Of a DNA stretch of 64,000 nt, positions 54,256-64,000 are shown piece by piece. The DNA comes from a virus. The position numbers were made by a program, and so were the translations under genes. The stretch spans positions 1-64,000 of the IMG/VR virus record IMGVR_UViG_3300046777_001606; one strand, written 5' to 3'. Below the pieces are notes generated by a model. The model was not told the origin of the DNA. It did not search any database and worked only from the letters and a program-made list of their open reading frames with translations. Each line of letters begins with the position of its first letter. Position 1 is the first letter of the stretch.

Positions 54256-55665
54256 ATGCTTAATCCATTTTTTCTTCAAGGATCTCAATCGGAACAAGGT
54301 TTAATTCAGGACCTTGTAAATGAGCAATTGAGAATGTATGGAGTTGAAGTTTATTATATACCAAGAAAAATAGCAACAATATCTAAGGTAATTAGAGAGG
54401 TTATACGATCAAAATTTGATAGTGCATATCCAATCGAAGCTTATGTAGAAAATTATGATGGGTATGATGGATCAACAACAATATTATCAAAGTTTGGTAT
54501 TCAGGCAACAAATGAATTAACATTGATTATATCAAGAGAAAGATTTGAGTATTACATTACACCATTAATTGAAGGTTTTGCTGATGTTTTGATATCAACA
54601 AGACCAAAAGAGGGAGATCTAATTTATTTTCCTTTGGGAGATAGAGTATTTGAAATTAAATTTGTTGAGCACGAAAAACCATTCTATCAATTACAAAAAA
54701 ACTATGTTTATGAGTTGAGGTGCGAGCTATTTCAATATGAAGATGAAGATATTTCTACTGGTATTTCTGAAATTGATGATACAACTAGTGCAATAGGATC
54801 TGAAGGGTATACTGAAATATTAAATTTAATTGGTGTAGGTATTGCATCCACTGCTACAGCGACATCACATATTGTAAGTGGTGGTGTTAGATTAATTCAA
54901 ATAACTAATCGTGGTGAAGGTTATTCTTCAACGCCAATTGTAGCAATTTCTTCCGCCCCAACTGGAGGACTAACAGCATCAGGAATTGCTACAATGATTG
55001 GTGGTATTATTGCATGTGATGGGTCAAAAGATGGGTTAAAAGTTCAAGGAGTTCAAATTACAAACGCTGGTTATGGATATACTGTTGCACCTGGAGTAGC
55101 TTTTATAGGTGGTGGTGGGTCTGGCGTTGCTGCAACAACATATATTGGTAATGGTGTTGTTGGCGTGATTACCGTTACTAATGGCGGTGGTGGGTACTTT
55201 ACTGCACCTACAGTAACATTTAGTGCTCCAACTGGAATTGGATCAACTGTTACAGCTCAAGGTGTAGCAGTTATTAGTGTTGATGGTGTAGTCACATCCA
55301 TTAAACTTACAAATGCTGGTGTTGGATATACACAAACACCAACAATAACAATTTCTGCACCAAATGCAAGTGGAGTTGGATTAGGAACTTACTTGGTTGG
55401 GGAGACTGTAACAGGAAGTGCAAGCAGTGTAACTGCTAGAGTTAAGTCTTGGGATCTAACAACAAATGAGCTCAGGGTTTCCAATTTAACAGGCAAATTT
55501 GTTGCAGGAGAAAATATTGTTGGAAGCGAATCTGGCGCATCTTATAAGTTAAGATTGCTTAACCAAAATGCGGATATTAATCCCTATGCACAAAACTTTG
55601 AAATAGAAACTGAAGGTGATGCTATATTTGATTTTACCGAGTCAAATCCTTTTGGAGACCCTTGA
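54256..55665 (+). CDS. gp14: neck protein gp14 with inserted ITNxGxGY beta-repeats
   Basis: EQLRMYG.EVYYIPR...RPKEGDLIYFP...DFTESNPFGDP. Confidence 0.9.
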   Translation: MLNPFFLQGSQSEQGLIQDLVNEQLRMYGVEVYYIPRKIATISKVIREVIRSKFDSAYPIEAYVENYDGYDGSTTILSKFGIQATNELTLIISRERFEYYITPLIEGFADVLISTRPKEGDLIYFPLGDRVFEIKFVEHEKPFYQLQKNYVYELRCELFQYEDEDISTGISEIDDTTSAIGSEGYTEILNLIGVGIASTATATSHIVSGGVRLIQITNRGEGYSSTPIVAISSAPTGGLTASGIATMIGGIIACDGSKDGLKVQGVQITNAGYGYTVAPGVAFIGGGGSGVAATTYIGNGVVGVITVTNGGGGYFTAPTVTFSAPTGIGSTVTAQGVAVISVDGVVTSIKLTNAGVGYTQTPTITISAPNASGVGLGTYLVGETVTGSASSVTARVKSWDLTTNELRVSNLTGKFVAGENIVGSESGASYKLRLLNQNADINPYAQNFEIETEGDAIFDFTESNPFGDP

Positions 55666-55708
55666 TTCTATTTTTTGTTAAATAGATATACAATACAATT
55701 TTATTAAT

Positions 55709-56713
55709 ATGTTTGAATATTTTTATCACGAAATTTTAAGAAAAACAATCATTTCTTTTGGTAATCTGTTTAATAATATTACTATTAAGCACAAAGATGA
55801 GGATGATGATGTTTTCAGTACGCTAAAAGTTCCTCTAGCGTATGGTCCTACGCAGAAATTTTTAGCTCGCTTAGAGCAGTCTCGTGATTTAAATAAACCA
55901 GTTCAAATTACATTGCCCAGAATGTCTTTTGAATTTGTTGGATTAACATATGATGGGTCCAGGAAAGTTACAACAACTCAATCTTTTATTGCACCAACAA
56001 CAACAGATAAAACAGACATAAGAAGAACATACATGCCTGTTCCATACAATATGGAATTTGAACTTAGCATCATGGCAAAATTAAATGATGATATGCTTCA
56101 AATAGTTGAGCAAATTTTACCGTACTTTCAACCAACTTACAATTTAACGGTTGATCTAGTATCAACAATTGGAGAAAAAAGAGATATTCCTGTGGTATTT
56201 GAAGGAATAACAATGCAAGATGATTATGAGGGGGACTTTAGTACTAGAAGAGTACTAATGTATACTTTACGATTTGTTGCTAAAACATATTTGTTTGGAC
56301 CAATTTCTGGATCTTCTATTTCTTCGGATATTATCAAAAAAGTTTCTATTGGATATGTTTCGGGAGATCTTACAAAGACACCAACAAGAGAACTCACTTA
56401 TACAGTAGAGCCAAGAGCAACAAAAAGTTACACGGGAAATACTGTTACTACTCTTTCTAACGATATTAGCGAAACTACCACTACAATTACAGTAGCCAGT
56501 TCTTCAGGAATTTCTGCAAACTCATATATTGTTATTGATGAAGAAGAAATGCAGGTCATTTCAGTAACTGGAAATAATTTAAAAGTATCCAGGGGTGCTG
56601 ATAATACATCAATATCATCTCATGTATCGGGATCTGGAGTAAAACTCATAACTACTGCAGATAACGATTTAATTGAAGCTGGAGATGATTTTGGATTTAG
56701 CGGATCACTATGA
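55709..56713 (+). CDS. gp15: tail sheath stabiliser / terminator gp15
   Basis: YFYHEILRK...VPLAYGP.QKFLARL...LPRMSFE...QIVEQILPYFQP. Confidence 0.92.
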   Translation: MFEYFYHEILRKTIISFGNLFNNITIKHKDEDDDVFSTLKVPLAYGPTQKFLARLEQSRDLNKPVQITLPRMSFEFVGLTYDGSRKVTTTQSFIAPTTTDKTDIRRTYMPVPYNMEFELSIMAKLNDDMLQIVEQILPYFQPTYNLTVDLVSTIGEKRDIPVVFEGITMQDDYEGDFSTRRVLMYTLRFVAKTYLFGPISGSSISSDIIKKVSIGYVSGDLTKTPTRELTYTVEPRATKSYTGNTVTTLSNDISETTTTITVASSSGISANSYIVIDEEEMQVISVTGNNLKVSRGADNTSISSHVSGSGVKLITTADNDLIEAGDDFGFSGSL

Positions 56714-57162
56714 AAATGACTAAAAAATATAAAAATTTAGATGATTCTTTCAACGTAGAAACTGAGATTGTATTGGAAGAAAAAAATGGGATTGATTTGA
56801 TTCAAAACCAAACACAAAATAATATAAATTTAAATACAAACTCAGATGATATTAAAAAAGATTATGAATATACCAGAGGAAATTTATATTCAATTATAGA
56901 AAAAGGTCAAGAAGCAATTAATGGGGTCTTAGAGTTAGCACAAGAAAGTGAAATGCCTAGAGCATATGAAGTGGTAGGTCAATTAATTAAAAATGTTGCA
57001 GATGCTACAGACAAATTAATGGATCTACAAAAAAAATTAAAAGATATCGAAGAAACAAAAACGCAAAAAGGACCAACAAATGTTACAAATGCATTGTTTG
57101 TTGGATCAACTGCTGAGTTATCAAAATTATTGAAAGATGGATTAAACTCTCAAGATAAATAA
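56710..57162 (+). CDS. gp16: terminase small subunit gp16
   Basis: DYEYTRGNLY...PRAYEV...NALFVGSTAEL. Confidence 0.92.
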   Translation: MKMTKKYKNLDDSFNVETEIVLEEKNGIDLIQNQTQNNINLNTNSDDIKKDYEYTRGNLYSIIEKGQEAINGVLELAQESEMPRAYEVVGQLIKNVADATDKLMDLQKKLKDIEETKTQKGPTNVTNALFVGSTAELSKLLKDGLNSQDK

Positions 57163-57174
57163 TTAAAAAAACCG

Positions 57175-57510
57175 ATGGCAGTTCCAACAGTAAATATAAC
57201 AATAGAAAAAGGTGCAGATTATGCATCAACTTTTACAATTTCGAATTCGGATGGAACACCATTTGATTTGACAAATCAAAGCGCAGTTGCAAAACTAAAG
57301 AAATTTCCATCCACAACAACATCATATTCTTTTACCCCAAATTTAATCATAGCAACTGGTAAAGTAACTATTTCTATGGGAAATACGGTAACAAATTCCA
57401 TTGAACCTGGTAGATATTATTACGATATAATTTTAACAAATAATATAACATCCAAAAAAGCAAGAGTTATTCAAGGCATGGCTATTGTTACACCATCAAT
57501 TTCTACATAA
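57175..57510 (+). CDS. Ig-like virion structural protein
   Basis: NITIEKGADY...GRYYYDI...RVIQG; ATAAATA late box at 57155. Confidence 0.65.
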   Translation: MAVPTVNITIEKGADYASTFTISNSDGTPFDLTNQSAVAKLKKFPSTTTSYSFTPNLIIATGKVTISMGNTVTNSIEPGRYYYDIILTNNITSKKARVIQGMAIVTPSIST

Positions 57511-57535
57511 ATAATTAATATGGTTTTTAGTCTTT

Positions 57536-57865
57536 ATGGCGGAATATAACGTAAGACTTGATGACCAAGGAGCATTGTTCACCCCAGAACAATATTCAAT
57601 ATCTGTAGCACGAGGAGCTGTGGCAGAAAATCTTTCAAATCTCAATGATGTTTTAGTTTCTGATCTTGGAAATAAAGATCAGTATGTTTTAGTTTATGAT
57701 GCTTCTTTACAAAAATATAAATTAGTAAATCCTGATGTTATTTTAAATTCCGCAGCTTCTACAGAAACGAATCAACCAGGATTAGTTGGTTACGCAACGG
57801 CATTTATTAATAGACTTGATACAGATCTTGATGATAAAATTGATATTGATGCTGGAACTTTTTAA
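57536..57865 (+). CDS. tail-fibre-associated protein, ends IDAGTF
   Basis: LSNLNDV...VLVYDA repeat type; late box ATAAATA at 57507. Confidence 0.6.
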   Translation: MAEYNVRLDDQGALFTPEQYSISVARGAVAENLSNLNDVLVSDLGNKDQYVLVYDASLQKYKLVNPDVILNSAASTETNQPGLVGYATAFINRLDTDLDDKIDIDAGTF

Positions 57866-57901
57866 AACTAAATATTAATAACGGAATATAGAGAAAGGAA
57901 A

Positions 57902-59392
57902 ATGCCTTCACCAGTTATTCAGTTTAAAAGAGGATTATTTGCAAACTTACCTGGATTGCAAGCTGGTGAACCTGGATTTACAACAGATAAATATGATCTT
58001 TATATTGGATTAACATCAGAGACTTCCACAAATAAATTTTTTGGATCCCATAGATATTGGAGCAAAGAAACAACTTCTACAGGTAGTGGTGTAAATCTTG
58101 TAGAAGGAAGCGTCAATGGTACAAGTTTTATTACACTTGCATCTCCAGCATCTCTTGTAGGAATTGTTACATATTATTTTCCAGGAACACAGGGAACTAC
58201 AAGCACAGTTCTCACAAATGACGGAAATGGTAATTTAAGTTGGTCTAGTGGATCTTTAAATCCAGTATTTACTGGAATTTCAACATTTATGGGACTTGTT
58301 GATGCTAATGGTGGTGCTACGATTGATAATATTCAAATTGGAATTGTAAATGATAACACAATTGATACATCTACAGGAAATCTAACAATTGATTCTGCAG
58401 GTGGAACAATTACTGTAAATGATCAATTAGTTGTAACTGGAATATCTACATTCAATGGTAATGTTGATGTTGATCAATCTCTAAATGTTGATGGAAATGT
58501 AAATGTAACTGGAATTTCTACATTTACCGGAATTACTACCGTTACTGGACCAACATTATTTACTACTCAATTTAGTTCTTCTGGAGTTTCATCATTTAAG
58601 AATAGTACAGATAATACTTTAGGAAATGCAGATACTGGTGCAGTTCAAATTGATGGTGGAGTTGGCATCAATAAAAACGTAACCATTGGGCAAAATCTTT
58701 ATGTTGGTGGATATTCTGAGTTTGTTGGTGTTGTAACATTTAAAGGTGGAACCATTAGTCTTGGCGATGAAGATACTGATAGTATAACGATCGGTGCAGA
58801 ATTTGCTTCAGATTTAATTCCAAATGCTGATGCCGGTTACAATTTAGGTAACTTTAATAAGAGATGGAAAAACGCCATTTTTTCTGGAATTGTAACAAGT
58901 AACACTTTTGTTGGTGAAGTTAATTCGCCAACATTCGATACCAATCAATCTGGTGTTGTTGTTACAGGTATTGTTACCGCAACTACTGGAAATATTACTG
59001 GAAATTTAACAGTTGGTGGTAATCTTTTTGTTAATGGATCAACAACTCAAGTCAATACACAAACATTAACTGTTGAAGATGCTTTGATTGAAGTTGGTCT
59101 TGTAAATGGATCAGCACCATCAACAGATCTTGATCTGGATCTCGGTTTACTTTTAAACTATTTTGACGGATCTGCTAAAAAAGCGGCTGTTTATTGGGAT
59201 GATAGCGCATCAAGAATTGTTCTTGCTTCACAAGTTTCTGAGTCTTCTGGAGTATTGGCTGCCTCTGGATATGCAGGATTGGAAATTGGATCACTCTATG
59301 TCAACGATTGTGCAGGTCAAACTCAGGTTATTTCTTGCACGGGATCAACAAGAAATCTAATTAATATAACAATAGATGCTGGTTCTTTCTGA
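57902..59392 (+). CDS. tail fibre protein, ends IDAGSF
   Basis: IQFKRG...GEPGFTTD N-terminal motif, G/T/V-rich beta repeats; CTAAATA at 57868. Confidence 0.7.
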   Translation: MPSPVIQFKRGLFANLPGLQAGEPGFTTDKYDLYIGLTSETSTNKFFGSHRYWSKETTSTGSGVNLVEGSVNGTSFITLASPASLVGIVTYYFPGTQGTTSTVLTNDGNGNLSWSSGSLNPVFTGISTFMGLVDANGGATIDNIQIGIVNDNTIDTSTGNLTIDSAGGTITVNDQLVVTGISTFNGNVDVDQSLNVDGNVNVTGISTFTGITTVTGPTLFTTQFSSSGVSSFKNSTDNTLGNADTGAVQIDGGVGINKNVTIGQNLYVGGYSEFVGVVTFKGGTISLGDEDTDSITIGAEFASDLIPNADAGYNLGNFNKRWKNAIFSGIVTSNTFVGEVNSPTFDTNQSGVVVTGIVTATTGNITGNLTVGGNLFVNGSTTQVNTQTLTVEDALIEVGLVNGSAPSTDLDLDLGLLLNYFDGSAKKAAVYWDDSASRIVLASQVSESSGVLAASGYAGLEIGSLYVNDCAGQTQVISCTGSTRNLINITIDAGSF

Positions 59393-59559
59393 TGGCAACT
59401 GAAACTGATTTAAAATATTTGTTAAATTCATATCAAAAAAAATCTATTGACTTATTAACTCAACTTGTTGTAGTCGAAACAAAATTAGAACAGTCTCTTG
59501 TAAAAATTCAAGAATTAGAGCAAAAAATAAAAAAATATGAAGAAGATTCTTCATATTGA
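59392..59559 (+). CDS. small coiled-coil protein (55 aa), possible fibre chaperone
   Basis: Hand translation MATETDLKYLLNSYQKK...EEDSSY*; TGATG overlap. Confidence 0.6.
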   Translation: MATETDLKYLLNSYQKKSIDLLTQLVVVETKLEQSLVKIQELEQKIKKYEEDSSY

Positions 59560-59644
59560 AATTAACTAAATATTTTTAATGCTAATGAGAGTTCAATATA
59601 TATTGAACTTTTAAGGTATATACCAAAAATTTTAATTCGATTCA

Positions 59645-62600
59645 ATGGCAGATCCAAACATTAAGATTAAACGATCATCCGTTCCGGGGAAAAGGCCAAC
59701 GCTTGATCAAATATCTTTGGGTGAGTTAGGATTAAATACATATGATGGACAATTATTTACGCAGGTTGATACCTCTGGTGTTGGAATTGCAACTACAATT
59801 GCATCACTTACTCCTTGGAAAGAGAATTATGGTGGCGCATCAATTTTTTATGCAAATTCCGTTGGTGTAGGGACCACAAATCCATTAGGAACTTTTCAAG
59901 TTGGAACTGGCATCACAATGTATGGTGCCACAGGAATTATTAGTGCAACAAGATTTGATGGTGGATTGAATCCTTTAGGAAAATCATATTATGTTGCCAC
60001 AAATGGAAGTGATAATAATACGGGAAATAATATTAATGAGCCATATTCAACACTTAAACATGCTTTGAGTGTTGCAACTTCTGGAGATACAATTTTTGTT
60101 CAGTCAGGTACATTTACAGAAGTTTTTCCCCTAACAGTTCCTGTGGGAGTAACTGTTAGAGGCGTTAGTCTTCGTGGAACTTTTATTCAACCAACGTCTG
60201 GCACACAACAAAATGATGGTTTCTTATTGAATGGTGAAACTACAGTTGAAGATCTAACGATTGGTAATATTTACGAACCTGGATATGCGTTTAAATTTGC
60301 AAATAATGCAAAAACTACAACTCGTTCTCCATACGTTCAGAGAGTTACTGTATTAAACAGAGGATCAGTAACTTCTGCAACAGATCCATATGGATTTGAT
60401 ACTGCACACTCTCCACCGACCTCATATAAAGCAGGACGTGGTGTTCTGATTGATGGTAGTGTTCAAGACCCAACAACTCTTGAACCCGCAATGTTGTTTA
60501 ATGAGTGTACTTTCATCACTCCAAATAATACTGCGTTGGAGATGACTAATGGCGCAAGAACAGAGTGGGTCAATTGTTTTGCGTATCTTGCAGATAAAGG
60601 AGTCTATGCATATGACGGAAATGTTGGTCTTGCAAGTGCTGGATATGTAAGAATTAAAACTTCTGGATTTTCTGGAACAACTCCTGCAGCAAATGATGAA
60701 CTCTATTATCTTGAAGCAAATTCTCAATCGGGTACTTATGCTCAGGTTGGAACTGCTCTCACGATCACAAGAGTTGGTCATGGATTGACTGTTGGTGATA
60801 GAATTTTTGCAGATTTTACATCTGGAACAGCAACGGATGGATTTTATCGTGTTACTGGATATGTAGGAGTCAATACATTTTCAGTTACAATGGTTGGGTC
60901 AGCCACTACTAGTGGAAATGTATCTTATAAAGAAGCCTTAGGATTTGGTACAGTTAGAAGTTATACATCGGCAACTGGTTTATCTTCGATTACCGCAAAA
61001 GGTGAAGGTTTGTTTGAAATACCTTCATCAAGACTTGGTAAGACTGTCACTGGTTATGGTAATGCTTCATTATCATCCTCTCAAGAGAAGTTTGGAACTG
61101 CTTCGTTAGTTTTAGATGGAACTGGTGATTATATTAGATGTGAAGGTGGAACTGATTTTGCATTTGCTGGAAACTTTACAGCAGAAACCTGGATTTATCC
61201 AACAAGTGTTGCTGGAAATAGATATCTTTTTTCACTTGGATCAGAAGCAGCAGGTAGATATAATCTTTTTCTAGTAAGTGGTGTTCTAACTGGTAATTTT
61301 TATGGCGCTTCTTCCACGACTTTTGGTGGATCTATTTCCACTAATACTTGGACACATATTGCATTAGTTCGTTCTGGTTCAACCATTACTGTATATGTAG
61401 ATGGAACTGCACTTGGAACAACCGAAACAAACTCTTCTGCAATTGGTAACACCGGACAATTAACAATTGGTGCTGATACCAGTGGTGTTAACACCTTTGT
61501 TGGATATATTGATGAATTAAGAATTTCAAATACCGCAAGATATACTGGTAACTTTAGTACAGCAACATCTCAATTCAATTCTGATGGAAGTGATAAATTA
61601 CTTCTTCACTTTGATGGCGTAACAGGAAGCACATCATTTACTGATAGTTCAATTCCAACTCAGGATATACGTTGGGTTCGTTCTGGAGTAGGAATTGCAA
61701 CTGCAACCAAGATTACACTTGCCGATTATCAGCAGTTTGGTGCTGAAATGAGATCGATTGGATCTGCTGTAGTCTTCGGTAATACTGGCATCAGTGCAAG
61801 TGGACCTGGCGTTGGACTAAGAATGTTTGCCTTTAACTTTGGGCATATTGGATCTGGTAAAGATTTTAGTCAGGATGTATCTCTTGTTAATCAGGCAGCA
61901 GAAGTTGTTAAGACTAACAATGCTAATGTTTATTTTGTATCGATTGATCAATCTGGCGATTTTAGAGTTGGTGATGCTTTCTACGTTAACCAAGAAGCAG
62001 GAACTGTAAACTTTGGTGGACAGAATTTTACACTGAATAGTCTATCGGATCTTAATATTACTGATGGTGTAAACACAAATACAATTACACCAACAACGGC
62101 AACGATTGGTAATATTCAAATTTCTGGAAATGAGATTACCTCAACTTCAGGTAACATTAATATTAATCCATCTGGAACCTCAGAAACTAATGTTGATGGT
62201 AATTTAAATGTTAGTGGTATTTTAACTGCCTCTGTATTACAGACTGGTGCCTTGCAATTAGGAGATACTTCCATTGCTCTTGATGATACTGGTTCTAATG
62301 GGACCATCAGACTTAATACTGATAATGTAGAAGCATTAAGAGTTACAAATAATCAAAGAGTTGGTATTGCTAGCATTGCACCAACGTCAAGATTAGATGT
62401 TGGTGGCGATGTTAAAATTAGTGGTGTTATTACAGCTACAACATTTAGTGGTCAGGTTAATTCTGGTGTAGCTACTATTACAACACTTAATACTACAACC
62501 GGAAATATTGTTACTGGTGTCGTAACAACCTTAACAAGCACTAATGCTAGTTTAACCAATATTAACTCTACTGGAATCAGTACTCTTGGAATTACCAGTA

Positions 62601-63265
62601 CCACTAATCTAACAACACAACAATTAGTCGTTTCTGGAGTTTCTACTTTTGTTAGTAATGTTAATTTAAGTGGTGAATTGAGAGGTCCTGCAGAATTCAT
62701 CATTGATCCAGCAGCAGTCGGTGATAATACTGGTGCGGTTAGAATCAAAGGTGATCTTTATGTTGACGGTACAACCACACAAATTAATTCGGCATCTTTA
62801 GAAATTGCAGATTTTATAGTTGGAATAGCTTCTACTGCAACAACTGATTTACTTGCTGATGGGGCTGGTATCAGAATTGGACCTGACAATACATTACTTT
62901 ATGATCATTCTAATACTGCATTAAAGTCTAGTGAAAACTTTAATCTTGTTTCTGACAAAACTTATAAGATCAATGGAATTGATGTCCTCAGTTCAACTTC
63001 TCTTGGAACGGGAGTCACCAATTCATCACTGACTTCTGTCGGCACTTTACTAACATTAAATGTAACTGGTGACTTGGCAGTTGATACCAATGTTCTTAAA
63101 GTTGACACTACTAACAATAGAATTGGGGTAAATAAAACTTCTCCCACCTATCCTTTGGATGTTGTGGGCGATATAAATAGTTCAACCGCAGTTAAGGTTA
63201 ATGGAGTTAGTGTTGTTCAATCTGCAGTCGATGAAGCACTAGCATTAGCAATTGCATTAGGATAA
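59645..63265 (+). CDS. tail fibre protein with LamG/concanavalin-like and beta-helix-like domains
   Basis: IKIKRS...GELGLNTYDG head; YYVATNGSD..G; FTAETWIYP...WTHIALVR...GYIDELRIS; ends ALAIALG. Confidence 0.75.
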   Translation: MADPNIKIKRSSVPGKRPTLDQISLGELGLNTYDGQLFTQVDTSGVGIATTIASLTPWKENYGGASIFYANSVGVGTTNPLGTFQVGTGITMYGATGIISATRFDGGLNPLGKSYYVATNGSDNNTGNNINEPYSTLKHALSVATSGDTIFVQSGTFTEVFPLTVPVGVTVRGVSLRGTFIQPTSGTQQNDGFLLNGETTVEDLTIGNIYEPGYAFKFANNAKTTTRSPYVQRVTVLNRGSVTSATDPYGFDTAHSPPTSYKAGRGVLIDGSVQDPTTLEPAMLFNECTFITPNNTALEMTNGARTEWVNCFAYLADKGVYAYDGNVGLASAGYVRIKTSGFSGTTPAANDELYYLEANSQSGTYAQVGTALTITRVGHGLTVGDRIFADFTSGTATDGFYRVTGYVGVNTFSVTMVGSATTSGNVSYKEALGFGTVRSYTSATGLSSITAKGEGLFEIPSSRLGKTVTGYGNASLSSSQEKFGTASLVLDGTGDYIRCEGGTDFAFAGNFTAETWIYPTSVAGNRYLFSLGSEAAGRYNLFLVSGVLTGNFYGASSTTFGGSISTNTWTHIALVRSGSTITVYVDGTALGTTETNSSAIGNTGQLTIGADTSGVNTFVGYIDELRISNTARYTGNFSTATSQFNSDGSDKLLLHFDGVTGSTSFTDSSIPTQDIRWVRSGVGIATATKITLADYQQFGAEMRSIGSAVVFGNTGISASGPGVGLRMFAFNFGHIGSGKDFSQDVSLVNQAAEVVKTNNANVYFVSIDQSGDFRVGDAFYVNQEAGTVNFGGQNFTLNSLSDLNITDGVNTNTITPTTATIGNIQISGNEITSTSGNININPSGTSETNVDGNLNVSGILTASVLQTGALQLGDTSIALDDTGSNGTIRLNTDNVEALRVTNNQRVGIASIAPTSRLDVGGDVKISGVITATTFSGQVNSGVATITTLNTTTGNIVTGVVTTLTSTNASLTNINSTGISTLGITSTTNLTTQQLVVSGVSTFVSNVNLSGELRGPAEFIIDPAAVGDNTGAVRIKGDLYVDGTTTQINSASLEIADFIVGIASTATTDLLADGAGIRIGPDNTLLYDHSNTALKSSENFNLVSDKTYKINGIDVLSSTSLGTGVTNSSLTSVGTLLTLNVTGDLAVDTNVLKVDTTNNRIGVNKTSPTYPLDVVGDINSSTAVKVNGVSVVQSAVDEALALAIALG

Positions 63266-63269
63266 AGAA

Positions 63270-63599
63270 ATGGCAAATACTTTTAAAAGTTATACTAAAG
63301 CAAGTATTGGAACAGTTACTCAAGATGTGTATACTGTTCCTGCTGCAACCACTTCTGTAGTAATTGGTTTTTGTCTGACAAATAGAACTGCGAGTACTGT
63401 AACTGCAGATGTCTATATTAATAAATCTGCGGCAGTCGATGATGTTTATATTGTAAAGGGAATTGAAATACCGACTGGTACGCTATATGATTTTAATGCA
63501 GGAAATAAAATAATTTTAGAAACTGGAGATAAAATACAAATTACTTCAAATACATCCACTTCTGTTGATGCGATAGTAAGTGTACTTGAGCAAACATAA
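63270..63599 (+). CDS. small virion protein (MANTFK type)
   Basis: Follows ALAIALG-ending fibre; KIILETGDKI motif. Confidence 0.65.
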   Translation: MANTFKSYTKASIGTVTQDVYTVPAATTSVVIGFCLTNRTASTVTADVYINKSAAVDDVYIVKGIEIPTGTLYDFNAGNKIILETGDKIQITSNTSTSVDAIVSVLEQT

Positions 63600-63618
63600 G
63601 TAAGGAGTAAGTAATAAA

Positions 63619-64000
63619 ATGGGATATTTAGGAAAACAGGTAACAAGATTAACTGGTCCACTTTATGACTCAACTAATAAAGTAGGAACTGCAACTTCTG
63701 TTCTTGTTGGATCGTCTAGTGGAAGTGTCGAATGGCAAGCAATATCTCAAGCTTCTTTACAAGGAATTCAGGGTACACAAGGTTTACAAGGAGTTCAAGG
63801 TTTACAAGGCACTCAAGGTACTCAAGGACTTCAAGGTGTACAAGGACTTAATGGTATTCAAGGTGTTCAAGGAACTTTAGGTCCTCAAGGACTTCAAGGT
63901 GTACAAGGACTTAATGGTATTCAAGGTGTTCAAGGACTTCAAGGTGTACAAGGACTTAATGGTATTCAAGGTGTTCAAGGAACTTTAGGTCCTCAAGGTT
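63619..64000 (+). CDS. collagen-like (Gly-X-Gln) fibre protein, 3'-truncated by window
   Basis: MGYLGKQ... then uninterrupted G-X-Y triplets from ~63763; AAGGAG upstream. Confidence 0.8.
   Translation, partial: MGYLGKQVTRLTGPLYDSTNKVGTATSVLVGSSSGSVEWQAISQASLQGIQGTQGLQGVQGLQGTQGTQGLQGVQGLNGIQGVQGTLGPQGLQGVQGLNGIQGVQGLQGVQGLNGIQGVQGTLGPQG

Noticed and set aside
1-64000. tRNA genes, rRNA genes, psbA/hli-type photosynthesis genes, stop-codon recoding
   Set aside because: None recognised; genes terminate normally at TAA, TGA and TAG with tight packing.

Overview
All real genes lie on the + strand. The window is a 64-kb segment of a T4-like cyanophage (cyanomyovirus; Synechococcus/Cyanobium-type host inferred). 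Bases 1-24.3 kb are the hypervariable early region. It holds about 80 mostly tiny ORFs plus four 2OG-Fe(II) oxygenases, a cupin, an SF2 helicase, an N6A/N4C DNA methyltransferase, a ParB-like protein, a ligase-like nucleotidyltransferase, a PD-(D/E)xK nuclease and an orphan HicA-like RNase. The region carries 15 copies of a palindrome + sigma70 -10 promoter cassette and is interrupted by a non-coding CTAGA-repeat region (18.0-18.65 kb) with divergent promoters. Bases 24.3-64 kb are the late structural block: glycosyltransferase-like protein, gp25, gp6, a 4833-aa gp7-like protein, gp8, a VrlC-like protein, gp13, gp14, gp15, gp16, then tail-fibre genes ending in a truncated collagen-like ORF. 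The top finding is four nested phycobiliprotein-like (globin) domains inside the gp7-like baseplate protein, which keep the KCxRDxGY bilin-attachment motif and a beta-155-like cysteine. Other highlights are ssrA-like C-terminal degrons on early proteins, an unannotated NblA-like ORF in the structural operon, and a candidate replication origin. All family calls come from motif recognition by eye; no searches were run.
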